Positions 39,216 through 53,030 of a stretch of DNA of 64,000 nt are shown in pieces. A model generated the notes under the pieces. That model saw only the letters and a program-made list of their open reading frames with translations, searched no databases and had not been told where the DNA came from. The DNA is taken from positions 22,320,001 through 22,384,000 of the forward strand of contig NC_043015.1 in NCBI RefSeq assembly GCF_006345805.1, in the 5' to 3' direction. The translations under genes were made by a program, and so were the position numbers. Position 1 is the stretch's first letter; each line of letters begins with the position of its first letter. This DNA comes from Octopus sinensis. Lineage: Eukaryota.

Positions 39216-41922
39216 ATACAGTTTAGTAAAAAAAAAAGGGACAAAAACACGACCAGAGTCCCTAAATCTTCATTATTCATAAAATTCGTGGCAGGTTATC
39301 ATTAACCCGGTGTGACTTGGTACCGGACTAAAATACTTGCAGCACAGTTTTGTTGGTCTAAAGCACCCAATGCCCACCTGGTTATATTGAACCAGGTGGT
39401 ATTTGAGACGTAGTGAGAGAATAAACTAATGCATGATTGTAAGTATTCTTGGTTTCTATGGTTTTGATCTGAAATATATAGAATTAGATTTCGACTACCA
39501 TGTACTAAGCAGTTTTCTCAAAGTGTTTTAGGTTTATTTTATGGATAATGTTTCATAAGTTTACGGGATCTTAATTTCACCCAAGTCAGTTAGCCGCCTC
39601 CTGTGCCATGTAGGATTTGGGCTCCTTTCGGCAGATGAAATAATACCAGTGGGCTTTGCATGGCGTCTGTCAGAAAATTACTCGTGAAGAGGATCTCTCG
39701 CTGGCTCTAGAAATTTTAACAATATTTTGCAACTCTTTGGTTCGAATCTACTATGGGCTTTATGGCATGCACCTCCCCCAAATGTTCATCTCTACCATCT
39801 AACAAAGTATATCAAAGAACTAAAAGAAAACAAACAATAAAATAGTGAAAATCAGTTTTTAATTGCGGGAGAACTCACTGATAAACATAATTCTCTTTTA
39901 TTTACAAAATTATTTCCGGTATATATAGACGAATAAAAGAAAAGCTCACTTAAAATATTGGTATTTCTATTTGTATTGTTTAACTTCCATTTTGTAATAT
40001 CTCTCGATACAATTTCTTTCTAGCTTTTCATACGTTACATTAATGATTGTTTTCGGTTTATATTCGTGTAGCATTGTAAATTCTTTTTCGTTTTGCTATA
40101 TATTTCATCTTATAACTCTACCAATCACGTCGAACATAACCTCTTGTGACCTTGTCTATGGAAAAGGATTTTCCAAAGGATTCTATAGAAATATATACTG
40201 TGGATTTGGTTTTATGTTGCTTTATGCAGTTTTGTATTTTCTTATTTCCTATACTGCAACAATGATATCATCAATATGTTCGTTCTGTTTTACACGAAAG
40301 CTCTTCAGTGTATGAATTGTTGATCGTTCTACACATGACTTCATTCCCCATGTTCAATATTTCCTTTCTTCAAAGGAATTATTTCTGTTTAAGTAGATGT
40401 ATCAACTATCCTGCAGAATTATTTCGTGATAATGTGTTAGTTACAAGGATTGAGTCGATGAAACAAAACGAAATATTTCAAATATTAATCTCGCTACATT
40501 AGATACCAACGCATGCATGATTATTACCCTACCAAAAGCCAAACCACTGTAATGAAGGATTCCGGAGTGCGTTGAATGCTAGAAGGATAAGGAGAAATGG
40601 AGAAATGTAAAGAAGGCTAAAGTAATGTTGGTATATATCTTATAGGAATTGTCAGGAAAAAGATTAATATATTGCGTGAAAAGCCAAGTATATAGAAAGT
40701 AACTGAAATGGAAATATAAACTCCTGTAGGCCTGTATTAAAATATAAATGCACCGCTGTAAAGGAAACTAAACTATCTTTCTTTTACATATTGTACTATA
40801 CGAAAGCTTCGAAGTATAGGATTTGGTATAGAAACTCATCGATAGCATTATGTGGTTTTTTTTTTGCTAGAAAATCTACTTTCATTTTTATATATTGTTC
40901 TACCATTTAAGTGATTGCAACGAAAACTACTTGTGGGGGTAATGGTGAATGACAAATTAGGGGTCAAACTTTATAAAAGCCGGGCAAAATTAAAAGTCTT
41001 CAAAGTAAATGTAAACAAATCACTATTTAATGAGGGTGACTTCGATTTGCAGTGAGGATGACTATCGATGTGTAAATGGTCAATGTATTATCATTGCACA
41101 TCAGGCGGCATAAATGGTAATCAGACTTTTCTTATTCTCATAAATCTTATATAAGATGTGTAGTGTAAGTAGTTACAAGCCTAGATAAAACTGAGTTGTT
41201 ATTGTTTATTTTGAATACGCTGATTTGGCAGAATCTTCCCGCATTTTACATTCTGTTTCAAAGTACAGCCGAAACCAAATTTTACCTTTACCTCTCACTC
41301 GTCAATAAAATAATGTACCTGGTAAGTCCTGATGTCGGCTGCATCTACTAATGCTCTCTCTTGAAAGCTGGTGACCCTGAGCCCAAGATCAGAGACCATC
41401 ATTACTTTTGAATCTATTTCGAGAAGCCGGACGCGTGAGAGAAGGATTCTCACCAGGAGAGTCGCACTACTAAACAAGTTGACTATGATTTTTCGTTCGG
41501 CGTACCATTCTGAAAATCCTGCTGTCTTCAGGTTGCTCTTCGCTGTTTTTATATTGTAAACAATCCAGTGTTGAGTTTCAATAATCTCTGCATATTTATT
41601 CATATGAATAATTGTAAATGTAAGATTCAAATTTTTCTTGGCCCAACATTACCTTTTCATTGTTCTGTGTTTGACAAAATAACCCTTGTAGCGTATACTC
41701 TCTATAAACGTCTCAAATTGTTCAACAAAATAGACGCCATTAGTGAAAAAAACCCAAAAATCATAATGGATAATTCAGTAGTAAAGATACACGAATGTCA
41801 CACTTAGAACCCAGTACGCCGTAGATCTTCCTGATGAAGTCTGATGTGGTCCGGTTAAAATCCCGGCATATTCATAAGTATTGCTTCGTTAATTGATTTG
41901 TTTCTCAATATTTCTTGCCTGC

Positions 41923-42142
41923 AAGACGGCGAGATGGCAGAAACGTTAGCACGCCGGGCGAAATGCTTAGAAGTATTTCATCTGTCTTTACGGTCTGAGT
42001 TCAAATTCTGTCAAGGTCGACTTTGCCTTTCGTTCTTTTGGGGTTAATAAATTAAGTAACAGTTGAGTACTGGGGCCGAACTAATCGACTGGCCCCCTAC
42101 CCGCAAAATTTCGGGCCTTGTGCCTTGAGGAGAGAAGAATAC
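41923..42142 (+). mobile_element. Young full-length family 1 SINE with 11-bp target-site duplication
   Basis: TTCTTGCCTGC at 41912-41922 and 42143-42153. Clear A box (ggcagaaacgttag) and B box (gagttcaaattc). Confidence 0.93.
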
Positions 42143-42200
42143 TTCTTGCCTGCTCCACTATGAAATGTACATTTGTTAAAGAATGTACACACATGCTTAC

Positions 42201-42205
<5 letters not shown>

Positions 42206-42288
<83 letters not shown>

Positions 42289-43274
42289 TGTGTGTGTATG
42301 TGTGTATACATACATAATCTTCTGTCGAGGCGTGTGGGCTCGAAACGTCAACGACTTTTCATTCTTCCCGTGTGTCAAGCTAATAGGTTTGTTTGTTGCT
42401 CCATTATCTGTCTATGTCTAGTTTTCTGTAAATTCAAACTATATATTCATGTACCTATATTACTACATATTCTTCTGAACATTAAAATACTTAACAAATC
42501 CTCCATATTAATGTCACTGAGATACGATTAAGTGGGAACAAACACTATCCAAAAATAAACAAATGGGAAAAATATAAATAAACCCAACCTCCCACCTAAC
42601 TAATATTTACCTTTTACTTACTTTCTTTCGTGAATCTTTAAATAAGAATCCCCTAAAACATCAGAAACCATGTAACACACCTGAATGAAAATACGCCAAG
42701 ACAGCAGGCCATAAATTATGATGTAAGTTTCACAGTCTCAAAACAAAAGATAAAAATGTCATTAACATCTAAATAAAACCAACAACAAGCAAACGAAGTG
42801 TCAGATCCACTGCCCAACAGCCTAACGATATTCTTTTATGAATACTTATGACCTGAAGATGAAGTTCCGAAAAATACACGCATAATAACAAAACCCTACA
42901 AACATTAATATAATCTATCACGTAGCGCTTTAATAAATACCATCTGGCCATCACACAGTATATTTACATAGGTTACCAAGAGAATTTTAAACTTAACTGA
43001 GACATTATAAAGCCAAGATGAACTTAAATGAATTGCAGTCCCACTGTTGTTTAGCTGACCGAATCATGGAAGTCAATATTCTTGTATTCTCGTTAAAAAT
43101 AATAACGTTGTACTCGAACAGATGGATTTAGATAAACTATTTGTATTATAACATAAAACAAACGTTGATATCATGTATATATATAACAATTCTGAGTGAT
43201 AGTGTTTATGTAAGTGTGAACAGAATGTATTCGTGTGTTTATATATATATATATATATATATGTATATGTATGC

Positions 43275-43359
<85 letters not shown>

Positions 43360-44347
43360 TGTGTGTGTATGTGTGTATACATACATAATCTTCTGTCGAG
43401 GCGTGTGGGCTCGAAACGTCAACGACTTTTCATTCTTCCCGTGTGTCAAGCTAATAGGTTTGTTTGTTGCTCCATTATCTGTCTATGTCTAGTTTTCTGT
43501 AAATTCAAACTATATATTCATGTACCTATATTACTACATATTCTTCTGAACATTAAAATACTTAACAAATCCTCCATATTAATGTCACTGAGATACGATT
43601 AAGTGGGAACAAACACTATCCAAAAATAAACAAATGGGAAAAATATAAATAAACCCAACCTCCCACCTAACTAATATTTACCTTTTACTTACTTTCTTTC
43701 GTGAATCTTTAAATAAGAATCCCCTAAAACATCAGAAACCATGTAACACACCTGAATGAAAATACGCCAAGACAGCAGGCCATAATTATGATGTAAGTTT
43801 CACAGTCTCAAAACAAAAGATAAAAATGTCATTAACATCTAAATAAAACCAACAACAAGCAAACGAAGTGTCAGATCCACTGCCCAACAGCCTAACGATA
43901 TTCTTTTATGAATACTTATGACCTGAAGATGAAGTTCCGAAAAATACACGCATAATAACAAAACCCTACAAACATTAATATAATCTATCACGTAGCGCTT
44001 TAATAAATACCATCTGGCCATCACACAGTATATTTACATAGGTTACCAAGAGAATTTTAAACTTAACTGAGACATTATAAAGCCAAGATGAACTTAAATG
44101 AATTGCAGTCCCACTGTTGTTTAGCTGACCGAATCATGGAAGTCAATATTCTTGTATTCTCGTTAAAAAATAATAACGTTGTACTCGAACAGATGGATTT
44201 AGATAAACTATTTGTATTATAACATAAAACAAACGTTGATATCATGTATATATATATAACAATTCTGAGTGATAGTGTTTATGTAAGTGTGAACAGAATG
44301 TATTCGTGTGTTTATATATATATATATATATATATGTATATGTATGC

Positions 44348-44383
<36 letters not shown>
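42206..44383. repeat. Near-identical tandem duplication, unit ~1071-1073 bp (42206-43276 and 43277-44349), junctions in (TA)n
   Basis: The differences I found between copies are indels in homopolymers or microsatellites (ccataaattatg/ccataattatg, gttaaaaata/gttaaaaaata, tatatataac length). Confidence 0.95.
42310..42445 (+). mobile_element. Hammerhead-variant element, subtype 2 (second copy at 43381-43516 via the tandem duplication)
   Basis: CUGUCGA-GGCGUGUGGGCUC-GAAAC-GU-C at 42322-42349. Tail gacttttcattcttcccg...aaattcaaactatatatt is shared with the 2165 and 21845 copies. Confidence 0.65.
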
Positions 44384-44386
<3 letters not shown>

Positions 44387-44941
44387 TGTCTGTGTGTATG
44401 TATACACACACACACGCACACACGCACACACACACGCACACACATACGCACACACACGCACACACACACACACTCACACACACACACACACTCACACATA
44501 CACACACACACACATATATATATAAAGAGAACGAAAGCCAGTTTTAAATCTCTGAGCGAGAAAGGTGTAGTAACAATACCGTACGTTAAAGTCTATTTGC
44601 CAACACAATGTGGCAGTCCTACACAAGACAATGTTACCACTTTTTAGCCCCAGGAAAACATCTTTTTCAGCTGGCTACCGACACATGTTCTGTGTCCGTA
44701 TACTGTCACCAAGGGGATTTATAACTCCTTTTCTACCCTTACCTGTAGAGACCAATCGTTTCTGGGTTTTTCACTTCCTAGCTACAGGACAATCGCCGGC
44801 TAGAAATGGCAGCCACTCGACGTTGCTCACATTATATAATTTTAAAACGACCCACAGTTACTGATCTCGTAAAAAGAAAAACTAGTTTTAAATATATATA
44901 TATTGAATGGGAGAGCAGTATATGCCATCAAATAGACACAG

Positions 44942-45332
44942 AGGTAAAATATAGGTAGTCCAGTGCACCCATCATGACTACGCGTCTGGTAAGGTACATC
45001 AGGCACATGCTTTACAACCATATGTGCGGAACATGGTGGTCTCATTTCAAGACTAATTGTGCATAGCTTGCAGATGGGGACCAATTAGAATTTTCTTCGG
45101 GTCGAGTAGCCCATCCGAACTCAAAAGTTTCTAAATAAGGATTGTTTAAGGGTGTTGAACGAAACATCCATGTTTCCAGGGGCGAATTATCAAAACCCCA
45201 AATAATGTTTCTCAACACATGCAACTGATGCTCCTGCACTCCTTCTGCTAGTGATTAGAGATGAACATATCGTCAGCCACTAAGGGACATGATTTATTTG
45301 GTTAAGGTCAAACAACTGACAAGCAAATCTGT
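44942..45332. mobile_element. Internal fragment of the unclassified ~530-bp interspersed element at 49467-49998
   Basis: Shared blocks catcatgactac, ggtcgagtagc.catcc, gttgaa..aaaca, ctcaaca, gatgctcc, cagccactaag.gacatg and aaatctgtg in the same order. Confidence 0.85.
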
Positions 45333-45964
45333 GTGTACGTACGTATGTATGTATTTATGTATGTATTATTTATTATGTATGCAAGCTGACATATGTATAA
45401 TTTAACTGTGGTAATATTTTAGTTTTAAAAAGCTGAGAAATTCCCCAATGTTGAGTATCACTTGATCCGATCACCTGTAGTTTTGTTTAAGAAATCTGGA
45501 GCAGGTATGGCATTTTTTTTCTTTTTGTAAATCTGTAGAAATAGCAAGAAAAAATAAACAGCTATAAATTCTTTAATTTTTATTTACGACCCTTTAGAAA
45601 TGCTGTCTTGTACCATTTGACATTTATGTTTATCTCATAACAAAGTCAATTTCCAATAATTTAAATAAAATAGGTATAAAAAAACAACTACAAAAATACA
45701 TTTTCTATTACTTGTAGCTATATTTGTTGAAATTAGTTTCTATAAATAACAGGAAACGTTGACCAAAATATCAAATTTTCTTTGTACAGCTATATTATGT
45801 TATTTTAGTTCAGTTCTGTGTATTTTTATTAAAAAATATACATTTAGCAAATTTTTCATATGAATTAATTTTATGAAATAACATTCCATTAATTAAATTG
45901 TTATTACTTGTTAACCCCAGAAACGTCAAATAGAATATTGCTTGTAGAAAGAAAATGCACATGA

Positions 45965-46185
45965 AAATCACCATCATCGTCGTTATCATCATCATCATCA
46001 TTACCAACATCATCACCGTCACTGTCATCATCATCACCACTACTACCACCAGCAACATCATCATTATCATCACTGCCATCATCATCATCATCATCACCAC
46101 CATGCTTATCATCTGTAGCAGTACGGGCAGCATTAACAACATCATCACCGTCCCCATCAACACCGTCATTTTTATTACCATCACC
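45965..46185. repeat. Imperfect (CAT/CAC)n trinucleotide tract
   Basis: Directly visible; source of the poly-M/V and poly-I/T ORFs. Confidence 0.92.
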
Positions 46186-46382
46186 ATCCTAATTCATGCA
46201 GTTTTCTGTGGACAGTTGTCGATTAGTCAAATCTACAAGTTTGTCGAACGAAATGCCACCTGGTATTAAATTGTTACCTTAAGCTTTTACTCTGATTTCT
46301 GCTTTTGTGATTCCGAGGTTCATGAAATAGGAACCAGTTAAACATGGTGTCTACCTCAGCAAAGTTATTATTATTAAAACTA

Positions 46383-47075
46383 TGACGGAGACGGCCTAAC
46401 CATAGCTTGTTGCACAATATGACTAGTAATGTTTCTGATGGCCTTTAGCGTTGTGTATTCAAATCCCGCCGAGCTGCGCATTGCCTTTTTATCCTTTTGG
46501 AGATTATAAAATACAGTACAAGTCAAATTCTAATTACCTCCCACAAAATTGCTAGCCTTGTTCAAAAATTTGACTCAGTTCTTTTTCGTTTCATTTTCTC
46601 TAACAAGATGTGAATTGCCTGAAATTTTAAAGTCAGTAAAAAAAATGGTTTCTGGTATTTTCTACGGGTTCTTATCTTCTCAGTTTGAATTCTGTTGCTG
46701 TCAGATTAGCTTTCCGTTCTTTCGGCGTCTCTGTTTAGCATGTCAGTATCTCACTCAAGGATGTATTGTAATGAATGTTGTGTAATTCAATGATTGGAAA
46801 TGCTCAAAATGTAGCAGAAAATAAAGTACCACACAATGTGATAAATTAATCGATTGTACCTCAATTTAACCATTATTAATGCGGCAAAGAACATGTTTTG
46901 TCACAATTGTTTGCACTCCGTATGACCTGAGTTCGAATTCCACACAGGTGAAGTCACCCTTTCGTCTTTTTTAAGGCTTGATAAAATAAACTACCATTCA
47001 AGGTATTGAGGAGTGAGGATATAAACTTAATATTCCTCAAAACTGCTGTCCTTGTACCTAAATATTATGGTCTTT
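46383..47075 (+). mobile_element. Two diverged family 1 SINE copies (46383-46575 and 46878-47075)
   Basis: ttcaaatcccgccgag...gcctttttatccttttgg and gagttcgaattcc...ccctttcgtctttttt...gataaaataa. Confidence 0.65.
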
Positions 47076-48909
47076 CAACCAATAGGAATCCAAAAAAATG
47101 AAGTAGTTTTCTCGTCTACAGCACATCTGTAAGTATATCATATCTAGAAGGTTATCTTTTATTTTTACGATGATACGATATGAGGGAGGTTTGCCTGGTG
47201 TTTCTTTAAAATTACATTACGTGTTGGTATTTATCCATAACTCAGTCAACATTTTTGTATAGCTTCTGTGTATAACAAATCACATTGTCCAATGCAACTT
47301 CAAACTGATTATATTTTTAAATCTCAGTTGAGAGATATATGGAAATTGTAGCAAGATGTGCCATGCCATAAGAGCTCCATTCTTATTTCACTTAAAGCAT
47401 AAAAATGTTGAAATAGAATTTCAGCGAATACCAATCTCACTTGAAATGAAAGAGGTGTGAAACTTCATGGAGGTCAAGACTCTAGATATATGTTTTTTGT
47501 TTCTTCTTCGTCATCTGGCTCAGTAAAGGACAAATAAATAAACACATCGCATCATAAACATACATTTATCTAACTTAACACATTTTGTCGCTGGCTTATG
47601 ATCTTTCACTTCAAAAATATAATTACACATTTCTCATTGCCTTTATTTCTTCATTATAAAAACGACGTTTTCTTCTACGTTATAATTGCCTATTTGTTTC
47701 TTATAATCATTACAATGTCAACTTTTTACCGCATAAACAATCAATGTAACGCCCGTTCACGACATTTTCCCATTGATTATGTCGTCTGCCGTTTACATGA
47801 CATTTTTTGTTTTTGTTTTGTGTCTTTAATCACGTTAACCATTAATCACTTTTCAAAAACAGCATCAATAATTCTGACGTATATTTCTCTTGCCCTTCTT
47901 TAATCGACAAATTTACCAATTTCTGTGTGATAATATTTATGTGTGAACAGCATGTATTTGTATATATGTTTGTATGAATGTGTCAAAGTGTATGTGGCAA
48001 TCGACGCGTATGAGAATGTATATGTGATTACGGATGTATGTGGTTTATGTAGAAAAGAATTAATATGACTGAGTATAAGAGAAGCGTGAGTGATACAATG
48101 TTGTGCGGAGCTGGACAACAGAACTTCGTTTGCATGAATTTTTGACAATTATTGCTCCATAACTACTTGTAATAAATACACACTGTTATAAACCAGTAAT
48201 ATTGGCTGAATTGTTAGTTTAACTGCAAAATACATTCTGATGTTCTATTACATTTATTTGAGTTGTGACTTAAAATACCGTTAGACTCTAATTCTATCCT
48301 TGTGGTTGTCATGGCGATGGTGATGGGGTTTAAAATAAATACCAGTCAAGTGCAGAGATGAATACAATGAAATATTCACTTTCGAAATATTCTAACTCGT
48401 GGTTAATGCTTTAAAATCATCATTCTAAACACATACAATGTATAATTTTTGACAAATGGCCAAGCCGCATATTAGCTTAAAGCTATTCAACAAGGTATTT
48501 CAACGAAATGCACGTGAATGTTCTGCCTCCCCTCACTGCCTTTTTCACGGCTACTAAACAAGACCTTTCTCCCGAGAGAAGTCCGCCATCATTTCACATC
48601 TGATGATCTTCGTCCGATTATCTTATTTTTCTCTCCCTTTCCGGAGTCATCCCCTTCTTCATTCGGGGTTACGCCCCCTTCCTCCAGAAGCCACTATAAA
48701 AATACAAATTTTCCTTTGTCGTATACTACGTGTAAACATTAATTCCTCTTATCGTCAGAGTGCTACATATCTGGCAGAAGGAACCATTCTATTTAACCTT
48801 CAATGAAGATTAAATGGAAATTGATATATTGGTGCATGATGGGTCGTCACTGCTGTTATTTGGAGGCATAACATTAACTGTGTACTTTAGAATACAATTG
48901 GGGTAAACA

Positions 48910-49398
<489 letters not shown>

Positions 49399-49466
49399 GG
49401 TATCTTCTTTCAATTCTGTTTCCACATCTTGTCTTGAGTCTTCCTGACAGCTATTATTATTATTAT

Positions 49467-49998
49467 TTAGTGAGAGAGATCAGTCCCTTCCATCAAAGTG
49501 AAAATATGCGAAGCCCAATATACTCATCATGACTACCCCTTTCATAAGGGTACACCAGGCATATGCATCACAAACATATGAGCGCGACACGGTGATCTCA
49601 TATCAAGATAAAAGGCACATGGTCTTGGAGGTGGGGCCCAGCTAGAATTTTTTTCAGGTCGAGTAGCTCATCCCGCTTAAAAGGTGCCTGTATAACGGTT
49701 GCTTGAGAATGTTGAATAAAACACCCACATTTCCAAAGGTCAATTATCCAAACCTCAAAGAATTTCTCTCAACATATGGCTTTGATGCTCCCCCACTAAT
49801 TCTGCTCGTGATCAGAGATGCACATATCTTCAACCACTAAGAGACATGTTTAACTGTCCAGCAACCAGCAAACAAATCTGTGGTATTGAGCAGAATATTT
49901 GCTGTGGCACATATTTTATACAAAGCCAAAACAATATACATGATAAATCTTCCAATCAGTTAAGATAAGAAGCCACTGCCTGGTACTGCATTAGGGCA
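49467..49998. mobile_element. Unclassified ~530-bp non-coding interspersed element embedded in (ATT)n on both sides
   Basis: attattattatt|tagtgagagag...gtactgcattagggca|atttatcattgttatcattgttattatt. A second partial copy lies at 44942-45332. No ORF and no clear tRNA head. Confidence 0.8.
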
Positions 49999-50002
49999 AT
50001 TT

Positions 50003-50033
50003 ATCATTGTTATCATTGTTATTATTATTATTA

Positions 50034-50126
<93 letters not shown>

Positions 50127-50130
50127 ATAT

Positions 50131-50178
<48 letters not shown>

Positions 50179-50226
50179 CACTACTACCACCACCATTATT
50201 ATTATTATTATTATCATTATTATTAT
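50003..50226. repeat. (ATT)n/(ACT)n compound microsatellite
   Basis: Directly visible. Confidence 0.97.
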
Positions 50227-51039
50227 TTCCATTTGCGTCAGGAGCGATGACAGGCACGTCATAAACAGTCAACTTGTCCAACGGCGAAATTTGAACTGAA
50301 CACATAAGTGTCAGAAGACCGTAAGGGAAACCATGTGTTTGATGCTCTTAAAAGTCTTGCAAATGAGTCAGGTCGTTGGAATGATATATATTCTCCATAA
50401 TCGCAATGCTGAGAGAAGATTTTCTACATCGCCGTGTTTATTCCCTAGATTTCATTCTGACAGCCTTTAACTACAATAAAGGAAAATTTAGTATTCGCTA
50501 ACCTTGACTATGTGCAGTCTAATTCCCAAAAACGGAAATGAGAATATACATCACCAAGAAAAGCAGTAGAGATCAGCAGCAGATGAGGTTCAGGTAAAGT
50601 TTAACTTAATGAACGAAATATAAAGAATGCGCAATGCCATTATATATGATGCCCACACCCGTGCATACACAGATACACACGCACAAACATACTCTATGAA
50701 CAACGAGTATCTTTAATTAAGACTATGAAACACTACAGTAGTTTAGAATTCACCTGAGACGTGCAAATCGATTGTACGTGTATTCTGAAGACAAAACATG
50801 AATTTATATGAACGAACTATAATATGCATGGTATAATCACAAGTAGTTATAATGCAACAGGTACAATATATGGATGTATCTATGTATGTATTTAGGTATT
50901 TATGTACATATACAAATGTATGTGTTATGTATATATATATATATAATATATATATATATATATAAGTAACAAGAATGGTGATTACATATTATTCCTCTAT
51001 AGAGCAAATGTGGCTTACAGCTGTCATTATAGGTACATA

Positions 51040-51260
51040 ACTGAAAGTTTTGCTCAATTGGTCTATTGATAAATTGAAACAAATTGAAGACCCCTCCCTC
51101 CAAATTTTTACTACTTTTGTCAGTGCCATTTGTGGTTATAACAAGCAAACCACTGGAGGAATGGTCATTGTGTGGGCAACTGTGGGAATATTGATATGTC
51201 CAAGTACAATAGACAACAGGGGAAGATGGGTTACAACCGACATTCCCGTCAACTGTATTA
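51040..51260 (+). mobile_element. Possible Tc1-like transposase fragment
   Basis: KQTTGGMVIVWATVG resembles RQ.GGGSVMVW(G/A); the rest is too decayed to confirm. Confidence 0.25.
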
Positions 51261-51999
51261 AATCTAAATAGTGTGCTTCCAAGTCAGACACACATATCCA
51301 CGACTTTTAACGCTTTAAACTGTATTGATAAGACTGATTTTAAGCCCTAACTCATCACACACAGGCAGAAAGTAGTGCATATATACATACATACATACAT
51401 ACATACATACATACATACATACATGTGTACGCTAACATAAAAATACATACGTATGTATATACACACACACACATAAATACGAATCAAGACGCACCCGCGT
51501 GTGTATAGCAAAATAGACAGCCAGACAGATAAGTAGATAAGTAGAAAGATAGATAAATATATATATATATAGAGAAAAAATGAAGAAAGACATTAATAAT
51601 GAGAGAAACAGAGGGACAGAGTGAGAACACTGTCATATTTAAAACCAGTCTATACAGAGTTGAATATATTCTAATTCAGTAAAATAACTGGAACCGACTC
51701 GTAGTAGAGATATGTGCATCATTACATTGTAATTATTTATTTTCCCATGAGAGTAGTATTCTAATTAAATCTGTTACTTCTAATTAATTACAAGCAACTA
51801 TGAGACATTACTCTTACCATGTTTGTATGATGTTTATCTATGTACAAAATGTTCAGGGATCGCGGTAGTTATTATAAAAAAAATGTAGGTGCCACGTGGT
51901 TCATACCACTAAGTTTATTCGTACTTTAAAAGTTAAAACATATCAAGGAAAGTCTCATGACGATGAACATTTTGGAATTATGATATTTACAAATGAAGC

Positions 52000-52170
52000 T
52001 GGAAGTCCGCATTTAGGTCTCGTGACAATACATGCAATAAAGTGGCAGGTCAACTGCGTATCATCTTGGGAAAGTGGTTTCTACTATTGCTTGGGGTCGA
52101 CCAAAGCTTATGAATGGATTTGGTGACCGGAAACCACAAAAAGCCTATCATATATATATCATAAATATAT

Positions 52171-52249
<79 letters not shown>

Positions 52250-52620
52250 TAATGAAACAAAAACGCAATACAAGACAATACAACATCCTGGCGGATAGAC
52301 GATACAAAGGCGGATAGGTAAAAAAAAGAAATAGAGGGACAGAAAAAAAACAAAAACAAAGGCCATTCGTGACCTTCTTTCGCAAACACGGACACACACA
52401 CACATTTACATGTATCTGTGTTTCTCTGTTTATGTCTGCCCCACACACTCGTTTGAAAACTAGTGTTGGTATGTTGACTTCTATGTAACTTAGCGGCTCG
52501 GCAAAAAGAGAAGATAGTAACAAGCTTCTAAATAAATTCTGTAGTCGATTTTTTCAACTAAACCCCGCAGTGTAACGCTCCAGCATGGCCGTAGTCCAGT
52601 AAAACAAGTAAAAAAGATAA
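52000..52620 (+). mobile_element. CORE-type SINE, family 2, with internal microsatellite and a ~140-bp insert (52250-52392)
   Basis: 5' half actgcgtatcatcttgggaaagtggtttctactattgc...gaccaaagc...ggatttggt...ggaaac; 3' half gtaacttagcggctcggcaaaaagag...gctccagcatggccgtagtc...aaacaagtaaaa. Confidence 0.8.
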
Positions 52621-52954
52621 CAGCTGTACAATATTAAAGAACCCATTTACAGCTTGATGGACGTAGCCGCTGTCAATTTTTTAGTATGCTGTAAACTGTA
52701 ATTCGTGATGTACCACTGTAGGAATATGTGGAATTAAGCACATTGAAAGCGTATAAAGACATGGACGTTGCACAATTTGAAATGAAAGGAACTGTATGAA
52801 GACAACTGTTGTCTCGAACCTATGATGAAATCCAACACAAACAGATCGGGTGCACCAGAATTTGACCGACGTTCTTAAACGAAACTGGTTATTCTTCTTA
52901 CTTAGCTTACTGGAAGCGAATATATTTCGGAAATTCCATTTTTCGGTACTTGTG

Positions 52955-53030
<76 letters not shown>

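Noticed and set aside
41385-41410. KIRDHHY as the Polinton/Maverick PolB RDH motif
   Set aside because: An immediate stop follows and no other PolB motifs are nearby.
9006-41600. Minus-strand exon chain (41.3 kb, 27.6 kb, 9.3 kb, 9.0 kb) with compatible phases
   Set aside because: The joined peptide resembles nothing I recognise, and compatible short exons are easy to find by chance in AT-rich DNA.
42852-42875. ctgaagatgaagttccgaaa as a hammerhead
   Set aside because: Stem II cannot form with a viable loop.
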